Counted from the first letter of the stretch, positions 10,701-23,814 are shown. The stretch: 64,000 bases of DNA from an uncultured Chloroflexia bacterium (GCA_963850045.1 CAWKJL010000003.1:368819-432818); one strand, 5' to 3'. Program-made: numbers and translations. Notes: generated from the sequence alone by a model not told the origin.

Positions 10701-11599
10701 GGACGGTCGTCACGAAGCGCAACGACACGATGGCGATCGTCACGATCGAGGACCTCCAGGGCACGATCGAGGTCGTCGTCTTCCCGCGCCTCTACGAGAC
10801 GAGCCGGCCGACCTGGCGGGACGGCGCGATCCTGCTCATCGCCGGCCGGGTCGATCATCGCGGCGAGGAGGCGTCGGTCCTCGCCGACCTGGTCCAGGAC
10901 TGGGACGACGCGGTCGCGCTCGGACCGGAGGCCTTCGCCCGGGATGTCGCCGCGGGGGATCGCGGGTCGCGCGGCCGAGCCGGGAACGGTCGTGCCGGAT
11001 CCGCGAACGGCAACGGCAACGGAGCCCCGCGGCCGATGGTCGCGGTCGGCCCGGGCGCGGCACCGGTCCCGGTCGCCGCGGGCGGCGTCGACGTCGGTGC
11101 CGAGTCGCCGGCCGTGGCCTTCGTCTCGCCGCTCCGGGTGGACGCGGACGTGGCGTCAGCGACGTCCGACTCGATCTCGGCGCTGCCGCCGATCGCGCCC
11201 GCTGAACCGGTCTCCGCTTATGTCGAAGCCGACAGCGTGGCGGCGCTCGCGCCCGACCGCGACCAGGAGCCCGCGGTGCCGGACGAGGCGCGCGAGCGGA
11301 TCGTGGCCGCGGCGACGGCCGACGCCCCGCTGGCCGCCGGTCCCGACGCGATCCTGCACGTGCGCTTTGCGGGGTCGGCCGGATCCGAGCGCGTGGTGTC
11401 CGCCATGGAGCTGGTCAAGACGCTGCTCCGGGACCGGCCTGGCGCGACGCGCGTCGTGATCCACGTCCCGGCGAGCGGGGCGGGGGAGGCCCTCCCGATG
11501 GAGCTGCGCCGAGGCGTCGCCTACGACGCCGAGCTGCTGGCGGAGGTCCATCGCCGGCTCGGCGACGGCCTCGTGGAGCTGCGGCTCGCCCAGGCCTGA
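7729..11599 (+). CDS. dnaE: DNA polymerase III alpha subunit, with one frame change near 7862 and a C-terminal extension of about 230 aa
   Basis: PHP-domain N-terminus [19 protein letters not shown]. Polymerase core and OB-fold domain present. ORFs 7729..9480 and 7823..11599 join at gaccgacc (SLAL|TDHGALYG). Confidence 0.85.
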
Positions 11600-11655
11600 G
11601 GGCGACTCGAGGGGTTCGGCCGCGACGACGGCGCCCGGTCGGACGCCGGACCCGG

Positions 11656-12228
11656 TCAGTTCGTGCCGGCGACCCGCCGCACTTCCTGGACCGCGGAGAG
11701 CTTCTCGTGGTAGTCGGCGCGGACCGCGTTGAGCGTCGCCGGGTCGAGGTCGAGCTCTCGCGCGATCTCGTTCAGCACGGAGCTCTCCTCCGCGGAGATG
11801 GTGTCGTTCACCGCGGCGATCGCGAAGCACGCCCGCAGGACGCCGATCCGCTGCGACTCCGTGGCGAGGTTCCGGAACTCGCGGGTCACCACGTAGTCCT
11901 CGGTGCTGCCGACGGTCCTCGCCTGGAGCTTGGCCATCTCGGCCACCAGGACCGCGGTCGGCTCGTCGAGCCCCTCGTGCGCCTGGAGCTCGGCTTCGAT
12001 CGCCGCCGTCTCCTCGTCGCTGATGTCCATGTCCGCGTTCGCGGCACGAGCGAGCGTATACGCGGCGGACGCGACGAGCCGCGCCTGGTCGGCCGGCATC
12101 GCCTCGAGCCGGGCCACGATGCGGCGCACGGTCTCGGTCTCGCCTGCGGTGGTCGGGGCGGTCGTCAGTGCTGTCTCTGCCTGGGCGGCCGCCTGCGCCT
12201 TGTCGGCGCCGAAGATGCGATGGAACAT
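11656..12228 (-). CDS. TerB-like (tellurite-resistance TerB / DjlA N-terminal-type) protein
   Basis: Two repeats of an acidic helical motif, ISDEETAAIE and ISAEESSVLNEIAREL. ATG at 12228. Confidence 0.55.
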   Translation of the reverse strand: MFHRIFGADKAQAAAQAETALTTAPTTAGETETVRRIVARLEAMPADQARLVASAAYTLARAANADMDISDEETAAIEAELQAHEGLDEPTAVLVAEMAKLQARTVGSTEDYVVTREFRNLATESQRIGVLRACFAIAAVNDTISAEESSVLNEIARELDLDPATLNAVRADYHEKLSAVQEVRRVAGTN

Positions 12229-12310
12229 GGATCCCTCGAGGTCGGTGGTGGGGTCTGTCCCGCTGAGGATGTCACAAGTCGGGCCGGACGCGTCGGAGGG
12301 GCCCGACGCG

Positions 12311-12754
12311 CTACCGCTTGAGCAACGCCGAGACGTCCGGCTCGGGTCCACGCCAGCGGGAGATCTCCTCGGTGGCGAAGCGGCCGTAGTAGTTGACGAA
12401 ATGGGCGCCATGGCGCCCGAGGATCTCGGTCGCCCCGGCCTTCGGGGCGTCGCCGCGGACCCGGACCATGACGACGGCCCGACCGTCGCGCAGCGCCCAC
12501 TCGTACCAGGCGAAGTCGACCAGCTGGTCCATCAGCGTGAACGCGAGGGCGCGGCGGATGCGGCCCATCGGGCCGGCGACATCGCCGGTCCCGTCCATCC
12601 GGTCGGCGCCCGCCTCGCCGCGGAGGATCTCCAGGTCCTTGGTCGCGAGCCCGCCCGCCCGGAGCTCGGCCAGCGCGCTCGCCGCCTCGGCCGGGTCGTC
12701 GACGACCGCGAGGAGCCGGTTCGTGGGGTAGTCGATCGGGCGTCCGGACGACAT
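12311..12754 (-). CDS. hypothetical protein
   Basis: 147-aa ORF in the same orientation as, and immediately upstream of, the TerB-like gene. No motif I recognise. Confidence 0.4.
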   Translation of the reverse strand: MSSGRPIDYPTNRLLAVVDDPAEAASALAELRAGGLATKDLEILRGEAGADRMDGTGDVAGPMGRIRRALAFTLMDQLVDFAWYEWALRDGRAVVMVRVRGDAPKAGATEILGRHGAHFVNYYGRFATEEISRWRGPEPDVSALLKR

Positions 12755-12780
12755 GGGTCGGTCCTCGGGGGCCTGGGACG

Positions 12781-12868
12781 TGGTCCCGGAGGAGGGAGTC
12801 GAACCCTCATGCCCTTGCGGGCGGCCGATTTTGAGTCGGCTGCGTATGCCATTCCGCCACTCCGGGCC
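12781..12868 (-). tRNA. tRNA-Leu(CAA)
   Basis: Reverse complement GGCCCGGAGTGGCGGAATGG...CTCAAAA...GGGACCA. 88 nt with a long variable arm. Anticodon loop CTCAAAA. CCA encoded. Confidence 0.85.
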
Positions 12869-13036
12869 AGCTCGAAGTGTAGGCGAGAACGCGTGGCGTT
12901 CCGACGGCGACGGCCGGCAGGCGCGCTACGCTGCGGACTCGTCGCCCGGCATCACGATGGACGACGCGACCGGCGTTCTGGTCCGGCGCACGCGTCGTGA
13001 TGAATCGTTTCTACCCCTTCGGAGCCTCTATGGGGT

Positions 13037-13594
13037 ATGAGCAGTCTCACCGGGCAGGGGGATCGCGTGTCGGTCGTTGAGTTGGCGGCCGCCGGCGATG
13101 AGATCGGGTTCGCCCGCATGGTCGAGGCGCATCACGCCGACATGACCCGCGTCTGCTTCGTCGTCTGCGGCGATATCGACCTCGCCCGCGAGGCCGTCCA
13201 GGCCGCGTGGCCGATCGCCTGGCGGAAGCTGGGCTCGGTCCGGGATCCCGAACGGCTGAAGCCCTGGCTCATCGCGGTCGCCGCGAACGAGGCGCGACAT
13301 CTCATGAAGCACCGGAACCGTCGCGCCGTGCGCGAGATCCACGTGGCGGACGGCGAGGACGGCCAGCTCGGCGACCAGGGGCGCGGGGACCCGGCCGAGC
13401 GCACGGCGGAAGTCGATCTCGCGGCCGCGCTCCAACGCCTCTCCCCACAGGATCGGACGATCGTGGCCATGCGCTACCTCGTCGGCCTGACCTCCGTCGA
13501 GATCGGCCAGGCCATCGGGATGTCGCCGCCCGGGGTTCGCGCCAAGCTCGCGCGTCTCCTGGATCGCCTCTGGGAGGACCTTCGGGATGCATGA
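13037..13594 (+). CDS. ECF (group IV) RNA polymerase sigma factor
   Basis: Region 2 ...DLAREAVQAAWPIAWRKL. Region 4 LSPQDRTIVAMRYLVGLTSVEIGQAIGMSPPGVRAKLARL. 8-nt overlap with the downstream gene. Confidence 0.8.
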   Translation: MSSLTGQGDRVSVVELAAAGDEIGFARMVEAHHADMTRVCFVVCGDIDLAREAVQAAWPIAWRKLGSVRDPERLKPWLIAVAANEARHLMKHRNRRAVREIHVADGEDGQLGDQGRGDPAERTAEVDLAAALQRLSPQDRTIVAMRYLVGLTSVEIGQAIGMSPPGVRAKLARLLDRLWEDLRDA

Positions 13595-14940
13595 CGTGAC
13601 GCCGACCCCATTCGAGCGGAGCCTGTCGGCCATGCTCCGAACCTATGCCGAACCCGCGGTCGGGTCCGTCGACGCGGCAGCGGTGGCGCATGCCGTCGCG
13701 TCCGAACGGCCGCGGACCCGAACGCTCTGGACCCTGCCACAGCGCCCGCTCCTGCGGTTCGCCATCGCGGCAGCGGTCCTGATCGCGATGATCGCTGCCG
13801 CGCTTGCCATCGGGGCGATCCGCCGTCCGGACGTCTTCGGTCGGAATGGCCTGCTCGCGATCGCCACGAACGGAGGCATCACGGTGGCCGAGCCGGACGG
13901 CTCGGGTGGCCGCGTCCTGTCCGCAGGCCAAGGACAGACGTCGTTCCCCACCTGGTCGCCGGACGGCGCGAAGATCGCCGTCTGGTCGAAGGCGTCCGAT
14001 CTCGCAGCCCGCGTCCCTGACGCTGCTCGACCTGCAGACTGGCGCGAGCGACCGTCATCGCGACCCTCAACGCCCAGAGCTTCCCGGCCCCGATCTCGTG
14101 GTCGCCGGACAGTCAGTGCGCTCGCGTTCTCGGCGTTCTCCGACCAGGCGAACCCGGAAGTCCGCGTCGTCCGGGCGGACGGGACCCAGCTGCATTCCCT
14201 GGCCCCACAGCTGTCCGCGTCCGAGCCGGCGTGGTCGCCGGACGGCCGGCAGATCGCGTTCCGCGCCCCGGATCCCGCCGACCTCGAAGCGGTCCGCCTG
14301 TACGTCGCCGAGGCCGATGGGACCGGCCTTCGCGTGCTTGCCGCCCTCAATCCGAAGCCCCATCTCGGACACGACATCGCTCGGCGTGCAGCTCGACTGG
14401 TCGCCCGACGGCACGCAGATCGCGTATGCCTCGAAAGGGCTGACGAAGGCCGGCGGGTACGTGATCGCGGTCGCCGACGTTGCCACCGGCGCGACCCGCG
14501 ACCTCACCAGTGGAGACGGCGACAGTCATCCGCGCTGGTCGCCGGACGGTCGGTGGATCGCGTTCAACCGGGCAACGACGAGCTTCACCAATGACTCCAA
14601 CGTCGCGCTCGTCCGGCCGGATGGTTCGGACCTTCGGATCCTCACCGGCACGCTCGTCACGCTGGACACCCAGACCTGGTCTCCCGACGGGACCCGGATC
14701 GTCGCACTTGACGCAGGACAGACCCAGGTCGAGGTGATCCCGATCGACGGCACGGCGCCGTCGGCCTTCCCGGCGCCAGGGGTGAAGACGGCCCCGAGCT
14801 GGCAGTGGCTGCCGTCGTGGTGGGATGAACATGAACCTACGTCGCCGACACGTCACTCGAATTGGTCCCGCCCTGGAGGCCCCGTGGTCCGGTTCCCCGA
14901 GGCACCGGGCGTCGGCCCGACTGCCACTCGACGATCTTGA
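13587..14940 (+). CDS. anti-sigma factor with a C-terminal PD40/TolB-like beta-propeller, with several frame changes
   Basis: N-terminal cytoplasmic part and a transmembrane segment LLRFAIAAAVLIAMIAAALAIGAI. Repeated WSPDG...A motifs spread over ORFs 13587.. and 13804..14940. At least three frame switches in 13990-14400. Confidence 0.55.
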
Positions 14941-15305
14941 CCTGAACGTTTCCGCATCGGCCGGTCCCATACTCGGTGACGCGGCCAGGCGGGCTGCTCG
15001 CCCGAAGGGGCCGATGCCGTGCAACGCGATCTCGTGGAGCAGGCGATCGGACCGGCCCGGGTGCGGGAGGTGCCGATGATCGAGGGATGCACCCCGTGAC
15101 CTGACGCGCGCCAGTCATCGGACCGGCCGCCATCGACATGGATCCACAGCACGAGGCCACCCGGCCGTAGCGAGTCGCAACCGTGGCAAGGGTCGGGCCG
15201 GGCATCGGTATGCGCAGACGGGTGGGCCTCCAGGTCCCACCCACCACCCCATCGGACGTGCCGCCTTGGTTCGACGCGTCCAGCATCACAGCAAGGAGCA
15301 AGAAC

Positions 15306-15725
15306 ATGACGTCCACCCAGATCGCCGCCCGCAACGGGCGCATCCCGCTCTCCATCGTCGCCGCTGTCGTGGCCGCCGCGTTCGCGCTTGGCGCGGTGAT
15401 CGGCTTCGGTCTGCCGCGCATCGTGGAAGGCATCGGCCACACCGGGTCCGCCGTCGTCGCGCCGACGGTCGCCACCGTGGTCGCGGCGCGCGACATGAGC
15501 GACGCCGCGTATGCGGCGCGAATCGGGGCCGCCGCCGCACAGACGGCACCGACCGTGGTCGCGCCGCGACCGCGGGACATGAGCGACGACGCCTACGACG
15601 CACTCCACGTTCCGGCCGGGGGCACCATGAGCGACGCCGCCTACGACGCGTTCCATGCCCCGACCACGACCACGATGAGCGACGACGCCTACGCGGCCAT
15701 GCATCCCGCATCGAACGCCCCGTGA
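15306..15725 (+). CDS. small membrane-anchored protein with four tandem MSD(A/D)AY(A/D)A repeats
   Basis: RBS AAGGAG 6 nt upstream of the ATG. N-terminal transmembrane helix. Repeats DMSDAAYAA, DMSDDAYDALH, TMSDAAYDAFH and TMSDDAYAAMH. The last three units each end in His (the first has Arg-Ile there). Confidence 0.5.
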   Translation: MTSTQIAARNGRIPLSIVAAVVAAAFALGAVIGFGLPRIVEGIGHTGSAVVAPTVATVVAARDMSDAAYAARIGAAAAQTAPTVVAPRPRDMSDDAYDALHVPAGGTMSDAAYDAFHAPTTTTMSDDAYAAMHPASNAP

Positions 15726-15881
15726 CGGCTCGATCCCGGTAGCGCCTTGACGCGCAGGCGACCGAACGGTCGCCTGCGCGTCTTCATGCCCAGGGCAGCG
15801 ACGGACGGTGGTCCACGCACGAGCCACGGACTGGATGCAGCCGGAACCGCGGATCGCACCGCGGCGTCTCGCCCGGGACCG

Positions 15882-16545
15882 ATGCTAGACTCGCCCGGCC
15901 TCAGAATCGCCGTCCGGAGGGATCCACCGATCGTGGAGGACCTTCGCTCGACCACGGTCTCCGACGACCCCGTCCAGCGCCGCGACCTCATCCTGCTCGA
16001 GCAAGCCCGCGACGGCAGCCTCGACGCATTCAACGACCTCGTCACGCTGTACCAGGACCAGCTGTTCGCACTGGTCGTCCGGATGGTGCCCGACCGGGAC
16101 CAGGCCTCCGACTGCGTCCAGGAGGCGTTCTTCTCCGCCTTCCGCAACCTCCGCTCGTTCCGTGGCGGGAGCGTGAAGTCGTGGCTGAACCGGATCTGCG
16201 TCAACGCCGCGATGGATACCCAGCGCGCGCGCAAGCGTCGACCGGTCCAGCCCTATCCCGGAGCTCGACGACGAGAGTTGGCAGCCCCCGACCGGGCCTG
16301 ACGCCGACCCGGAGCGAACCGCGATGCTGTCCGAGCGGACCCGCGCCCTGTCCGCGGCGCTCTCGAGCATCACGGACGACCAGCGCACGGCGATCGTCCT
16401 TTTCGACGTCGAAGGCTATGACTACGCCGAGATCGCGGCGATGACCAACGTCTCCCTCGGGACCGTGAAATCGCGGATCCATCGCGGCCGGCTGGCGCTC
16501 CGCGACCTGCTCGAGGACCGGATGGAGCTGTTCCGTGGCTGATGA
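15882..16545 (+). CDS. ECF sigma factor, with a frame change near 16255
   Basis: Region 2 [40 protein letters not shown] in ORF 15747..16301. Region 4 [44 protein letters not shown] in ORF 16324..16542. Confidence 0.65.
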
Positions 16546-17648
16546 GCACGCCACCCACGACCTCGACGCGGTCGCGAGCCTGCTCGACGCCGACCTCCTG
16601 CCGGCCGACCGGGCGACGGCTGCGCGCCAGGTCGCGCGCTGTCCGTCCTGCGCCGCGCTCCATCAGGAGCTCCTGATCCTCGCCGACGCCGCGCGGGCGC
16701 TCCCGACACCCCCGCGCACCCGCGACTTCCGCCTGACCGCCGCCGATGCGGCCCGCCTCACGGCGATGCCGCCGGAACCGGTCCCGGCATCCGCCCGTCC
16801 TGTCGTTGACATGCAAACCACGACCGACCACGCCACCCACGACCTCGAGCGGCTCTCCGCCGCTGTCGACGGCACCCTCCCGGCCGCCGACCAGCCCTCG
16901 ATCGACGCGCAGATCGCCGCTTGTGCCGACTGCGCCGAACTCCACGCCGACCTGTTGGCGATCGTCGCGGCGAACCGGGCCCTCCCGACCCCGGACCGGC
17001 CCCGCGACTACCAGCTCACCGTCGACCGACGCCGAGCGCCTCCAGCGCGGAGGCCTCCGCGGCTGGCTGGACCGCATCGGGTCCCCCAAGGACCGCCTCT
17101 CCCGCCCGCTGGCGGTGGGCCTGACGACACTCGGCCTCGTCGGCGTGCTGGTGGGGACGGCGCCGTCGCTGCTGCCGTCGTTCGGGAGTGCGGCCGGGAG
17201 TGCGGCCGGGTCGGCGCCGAGCCGGGAGCTCGTCGACAAGACCGCTGGCGGCCAGGCCAGCGCCGCGGCGAGCGCGGGGGCGCCCGCACCCAACGTGGCG
17301 GCGCCGGTCCCGAGCGCGGCGGCATCCGCGGCCGCCGCGATCGATGGCGCCGGTCAGCCGGGCTCCGCGTCCGAGGCGCCGGTGCCGGCGGCATCCGCAG
17401 CGCCGGTCCAGGCAGTCGGCAACGGCTCGACACCCGATCGGAACGTCGCGGCCACCGGTCGCGACCAGGGCGTCGCGCAGCCGGAGCTCGGCGCGCCGTC
17501 GCCGGGCGGGAGCACCTTCGAGACGCAGACGCCGAGCGCATCCACGGACGGCGGCCCGTCGCTCGGCCTCGTCGTGTCGCTCGGGGTCCTGCTCGCCGGG
17601 ATCGCGTTGTTCGCGCTTCGCCTCGGAGCTCGCCGCCGCGGCATCTGA
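16535..17648 (+). CDS. anti-sigma factor with a tandemly duplicated CxxC-containing N-terminal domain, a transmembrane segment and an Ala/Ser/Pro-rich C-terminus, with a frame change near 17030
   Basis: Two roughly 75-aa units: (ATHDL...[14 protein letters not shown]...[20 protein letters not shown]) and (ATHDL...[14 protein letters not shown]...[19 protein letters not shown]). GTG start overlaps the sigma gene stop by 8 nt. Confidence 0.6.
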
Positions 17649-17759
17649 GGTCAGCATCGGCGGCCGATCGCGGACGGCCCGCCGCCGCCGCGTCGCCGGC
17701 CACGGGTACACTGGGGACCCACACCCTCGTCCCGTTCGGACCGACCCCGAGGCCTGCCG

Positions 17760-20745
17760 ATGGACCGCCTGATGCTGCTCGACGGCAACGGGCTCATCTA
17801 CCGCGGATACTTCGCCCTCCCGCCCCTGACGACGTCGAAGGGCGAGCTCGTCAACGCGGTGTTCGGCTTCTGCAGCATCGTGCTCCGCGGCATCCAGGAC
17901 ATCCGCCCGGATTACGTCGCGGTCGCCTTCGACCTCCAGGGCCCGACGTTCCGCCACGAGCAGTACGCCGAGTACAAGGCGACCCGCCAGCGCATGCCGG
18001 ACGACCTCCGTGACCAGTTCCCGAAGGTCCGCGAGGTCGTGAAGGCCCTGCGCCTGCCGGTCTACGAGCTGGCCGGCTTCGAGGCGGACGACGTGATCGG
18101 GACCATCACGGTCGACGCGGAGCGGCGCGGCCTCGACACGACGATCGTGACGGGCGACCTCGACATGCTCCAGCTGGTCACCGACCACACGCGCCTGATG
18201 ACGACGCGATCCGGGGTCGAGAACACGATCCTCTACGACCCGGCGAAGATCCGCGAGCGGTTCGACCTCGTGCCGGGCCAGATGATCGACTACAAGGCGC
18301 TCAAGGGCGACCCGACCGACAACATCCCGGGGGTCCCCGGCGTGGGCGAGAAGACCGCGGCGAAGCTGATCCGCGAGTACGAGACGCTCGACGCGCTCTA
18401 CGAGCGCATCGACGAGGTCAAGCCGGACAAGCTCCGCGAGAAGCTCATCGAGCACCGCGAGCAGGTCTTCATGGGCAAGGACCTTTCCACGATCGTGCGC
18501 GACCTGCCGGTCGAGTTCGACCTCGAGGCGGCCAGGCTGGGCGACTACGACCGCGAGACGGTCATCCGCCTCTTCCGCGAGTACGAGTTCCGCTCGCTGA
18601 TCGAGCGCCTGCCGGCGATGACCGGCGAGACGGCCGGCGATGCCGCGGAGGCGCTTCGGAGCGTGGCATCCGACGGCTCGGTCCCGGCGGCGCGCGTCGC
18701 CGGCGCCGCCCGTCCGGCCGGATGGGGCACCGCCCGACCCGCCGTTCCGCCGTCGGAGGGCGGCGGGCTGCAGCTGTCGCTCGACTTCGACGCCGTGTCG
18801 CGACCCGCCGCGGCGGCGATGGCCGACGCCGCCGGTCCGGATGCGGACGCCGCCGAGCGGCCGACCGCCCCGGCCCATCCCCCGGTCGCGGTCGAGCCGG
18901 GCGACCTGCCGACCGCGCTGGCGGCGGCGATCGCGGACCCGTCGCGGATCGAGGTCCACGCGGGCGACCGGGTCGCCGCCCTGGAGGCCTGGCTGGCGGC
19001 GCAGCCGGCGGTCGGGATCGGGCTGCTGCTCGACGACCCGCGGCCACGCCGCGGCGCGCCGGTCGCCTTCGCGCTGGCCGGCACGGACGGCCGGACGGTC
19101 GCCGTCGGAGGGCGCGGAGGATGCGGCGGCCCTGCGGCTCCTGCTCGAGCGGCTCGCCGTCCCGGTCGTCGCCCACGAGGTCAAGCCGTTGCTCGTCGCC
19201 CGGATCGGCGACGACCTCGACGCGCCCGCGACGCCCGTCGCGTTCGACACCCAGATCGCGGCGTACATCCTCAACGCGTCGCTCCGCAGCCAGTCCATCT
19301 CGGACGTCGTCGCGGAGCAGCTCGACCTGATCCTGCCGCCGGTCGTGGAGCTCGACAACCTGGCCCGCGCCGGCCTCGAGGCGCTCTCGGCGATCGCCGT
19401 CCGCGAGCCGCTCGAGCGGCGCCTCCGCGACGAGGGCCTGGACCGCCTCTACGCGGAGATCGAGCTGCCGCTGATCGCGGTGCTGGCGCGGATGGAGGCG
19501 ACCGGCGTCGCGCTCGACCTCGACGCGCTCGCGCTCCTCGCGACCGAGTTCGGAGCCGAGATCTCGCGGCTCGAGGCGGAGATCTACGCCGACGTCGGCC
19601 ACGAGTTCAACCTCGGCAGCCCCAAGCAGCTCGAGCAGATCCTCTTCTACGAGCTGAACCTGCCGAAGGGCAAGCGCACGAAGACGGGCTACTCGACCGA
19701 CGCGTCGGTGCTGGAGGACCTGCGGCCCGCCCATCCGATGATCGACAAGCTGCTCGAATGGCGGACCTACACGAAGCTGCGCTCGACCTACGTCGAGGCG
19801 CTGCCGTCGCTGCTGGCCGACGACGGCCGCCTCCACACGACGTTCCACCAGGCCGTCGCCGCGACCGGGCGCCTGTCCTCGTCGGACCCGAACCTCCAGA
19901 ACATCCCGATCCGGACGCCGCTCGGCCGGCGCATCCGGCGGGCCTTCGTGGCGGGCGCGCCGGACCTGACGCTGGTCGCCGCGGACTACAGCCAGATCGA
20001 GCTGCGCATCCTCGCCCACGTCTCGGGCGACGAGCACCTCCGCGACGCGTTCGCGCGAGGTGCGGACATCCACCGCGAGACCGCCGCCCGCGTGCTCCAC
20101 AAGGACCCGGCCGACGTGACGCTGGGCGAGCGGTCGATGGCCAAGATGGTCAACTTCGGGATCGCCTACGGGATGAGCGACTTCGGGCTGTCCAGCCGCG
20201 CCAACATCCCGCGCGCCGAGGCTCAGGACTTCATCAACACCTACTTCGCGACGTACTCGGGCATCTCGTACTACATGCTCGCGATCAAGGAGCAGGCCCG
20301 GACGCAGGGCTATGTCACGACGCTCCTCGGGCGGAAGCGGCACATCCCGGAGCTCGCCGCGCGCAACCCGACCCTCCGAGCGGCGGGCGAGCGGATGGCC
20401 ATCAACATGCCGATCCAGGGGACCGCCGCGGACATCGTCAAGATCGCGATGATCCGGCTCGACGAGCGGCTGAAGGCCGGCGGGTTCCGGGCACGGCCGC
20501 TCCTGCAGGTCCACGACGAGCTGCTGCTCGAGGTGCCACGAGCCGAGGTCGACCGCCTGGTGCCGATCCTGCGCGAGACGATGGAGGGCGCGCTGCCGCT
20601 CGACGTCCCGCTCACGGTCGACGTGAAGGTCGGCGACGACTGGGATTCGATGACGCCGCTGACCCGCGCCGACGCAGATCGCGGCCGAGGCGGACGAGGA
20701 GCCCGACATCGCGCTCCCGATCGCCTGACGCCGGCCGATGCCTGA
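17760..20745 (+). CDS. polA: DNA polymerase I, with a frame change near 19100
   Basis: 5'-3' exonuclease N-terminus LLLDGNGLIYRGYFA. Polymerase motifs DYSQIELRILAH and QVHDELLLEV. ORFs 17760.. and 18640..20745 overlap. Confidence 0.85.
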
Positions 20746-21759
20746 GCTCCCCGAGGTCGAGACCGTCGTCCGCGACCTGCGACCGCACCTGGTCGGCGCC
20801 ACGATCACCGGCGCCCGCAGCTCGTGGGCTCGCACGCTCAAGACGCACGACGGCGAGGCGTTCGCGGCCGCGATCGCGGGGCGGCGGGTGGAGGGGGTCG
20901 GCCGGCGCGCGAAGCAGATCGTCGTGGATCTCTCCGGCGACGCCGCGATGACCATCCACCTCAAGATGACCGGCCAGCTCTTCGTGGTGCCGGGCGGCGC
21001 CGAGGAGGACGCCTACATCCGCCTGGTCCTCGAGCTGGCCGATGGCCGCGAGCTCCGCTTCCGCGACATCCGCAAGTTCGGGAAGATCGGGCTGTACGGC
21101 CGCGACCCGCTCACCGGCGAGCTGGTCACCGAGGTCGGCGGGGCGGCGCTGTTCGCGCAGATCGGGCCGGAGCCGCTCGACCCGGCCTTCACGCTGCGCG
21201 ACTTCCGGCGGCGGATCCGGCGCCGGTCCGGACGGCTCAAGCCGCTCCTCCTCGACCAGTCGTTCATCGCCGGGGTCGGGAACATCTACGCGGACGAGGC
21301 GCTGTGGCGAGCGAAGCTGCACCCGCTGCGGACCGCCCCGACGCTCCGTCCGCCCGACGAGCGCCACCTGTTCGAGGCCGTGCGCTCGATCCTGGCCGAG
21401 GCCGTCGAGCGTCGCGGCTCCTCCATCGACGACTACACGGCGCCGAACGGCGACGGCTCGATGCAGGAGCACCTCAACGTCTATCAGCGGACCGGTGAGC
21501 CGTGCCCGCGCTGCGGCCGACCGATCAAGCGGATCGTGATCGGGGCGCGGAGCACGCACTTCTGCTCGTGGTGCCAGCGGCTGCCGAAGCGCGACCAGGC
21601 GGGCGCGAAGACGATCCTGCGGGGGATGACCGGTGGCCGGCGGCGGACCGGGCCACGCTGGTCCGACCTGACCGAGCGGACCAAGCAGGCGGCCGCGACC
21701 CGCCGGGCGGCCGCGCGGAAGGCGGCCGGCGCAGCCCCCGTCCCAACGGGGGCTCGCTG

Positions 21760-21760
<1 letters not shown>
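20738..21760 (+). CDS. mutM: formamidopyrimidine-DNA glycosylase, with a basic C-terminal tail of about 60 aa
   Basis: N-terminal MPELPEVE. Zinc finger CPRCGRPIKRIVIGARSTHFCSWCQ. Confidence 0.85.

Positions 21761-23810
<2,050 letters not shown>

Positions 23811-23814
<4 letters not shown>

Noticed and set aside
7808-10858. 1016-aa ORF antisense to dnaE. Similar large minus- or plus-strand ORFs occur at 18562..20964, 27817..30165, 39478..42405, 45246..47162 and 51397..54063.
   Set aside because: Arg/Gly/Asp/Pro-rich low-complexity translations lying exactly opposite well-supported conserved genes. This is the typical stop-codon-poor antisense frame of 70%-GC DNA.
12781-12868. Possible integrated element at tRNA-Leu(CAA).
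   Set aside because: No integrase, recombinase, att duplication or phage-like gene within 10 kb on either side.
12753-13040. ORF 12753..13040 (+), which overlaps tRNA-Leu(CAA).
   Set aside because: It spans a tRNA gene and the sigma-factor promoter region. No support.
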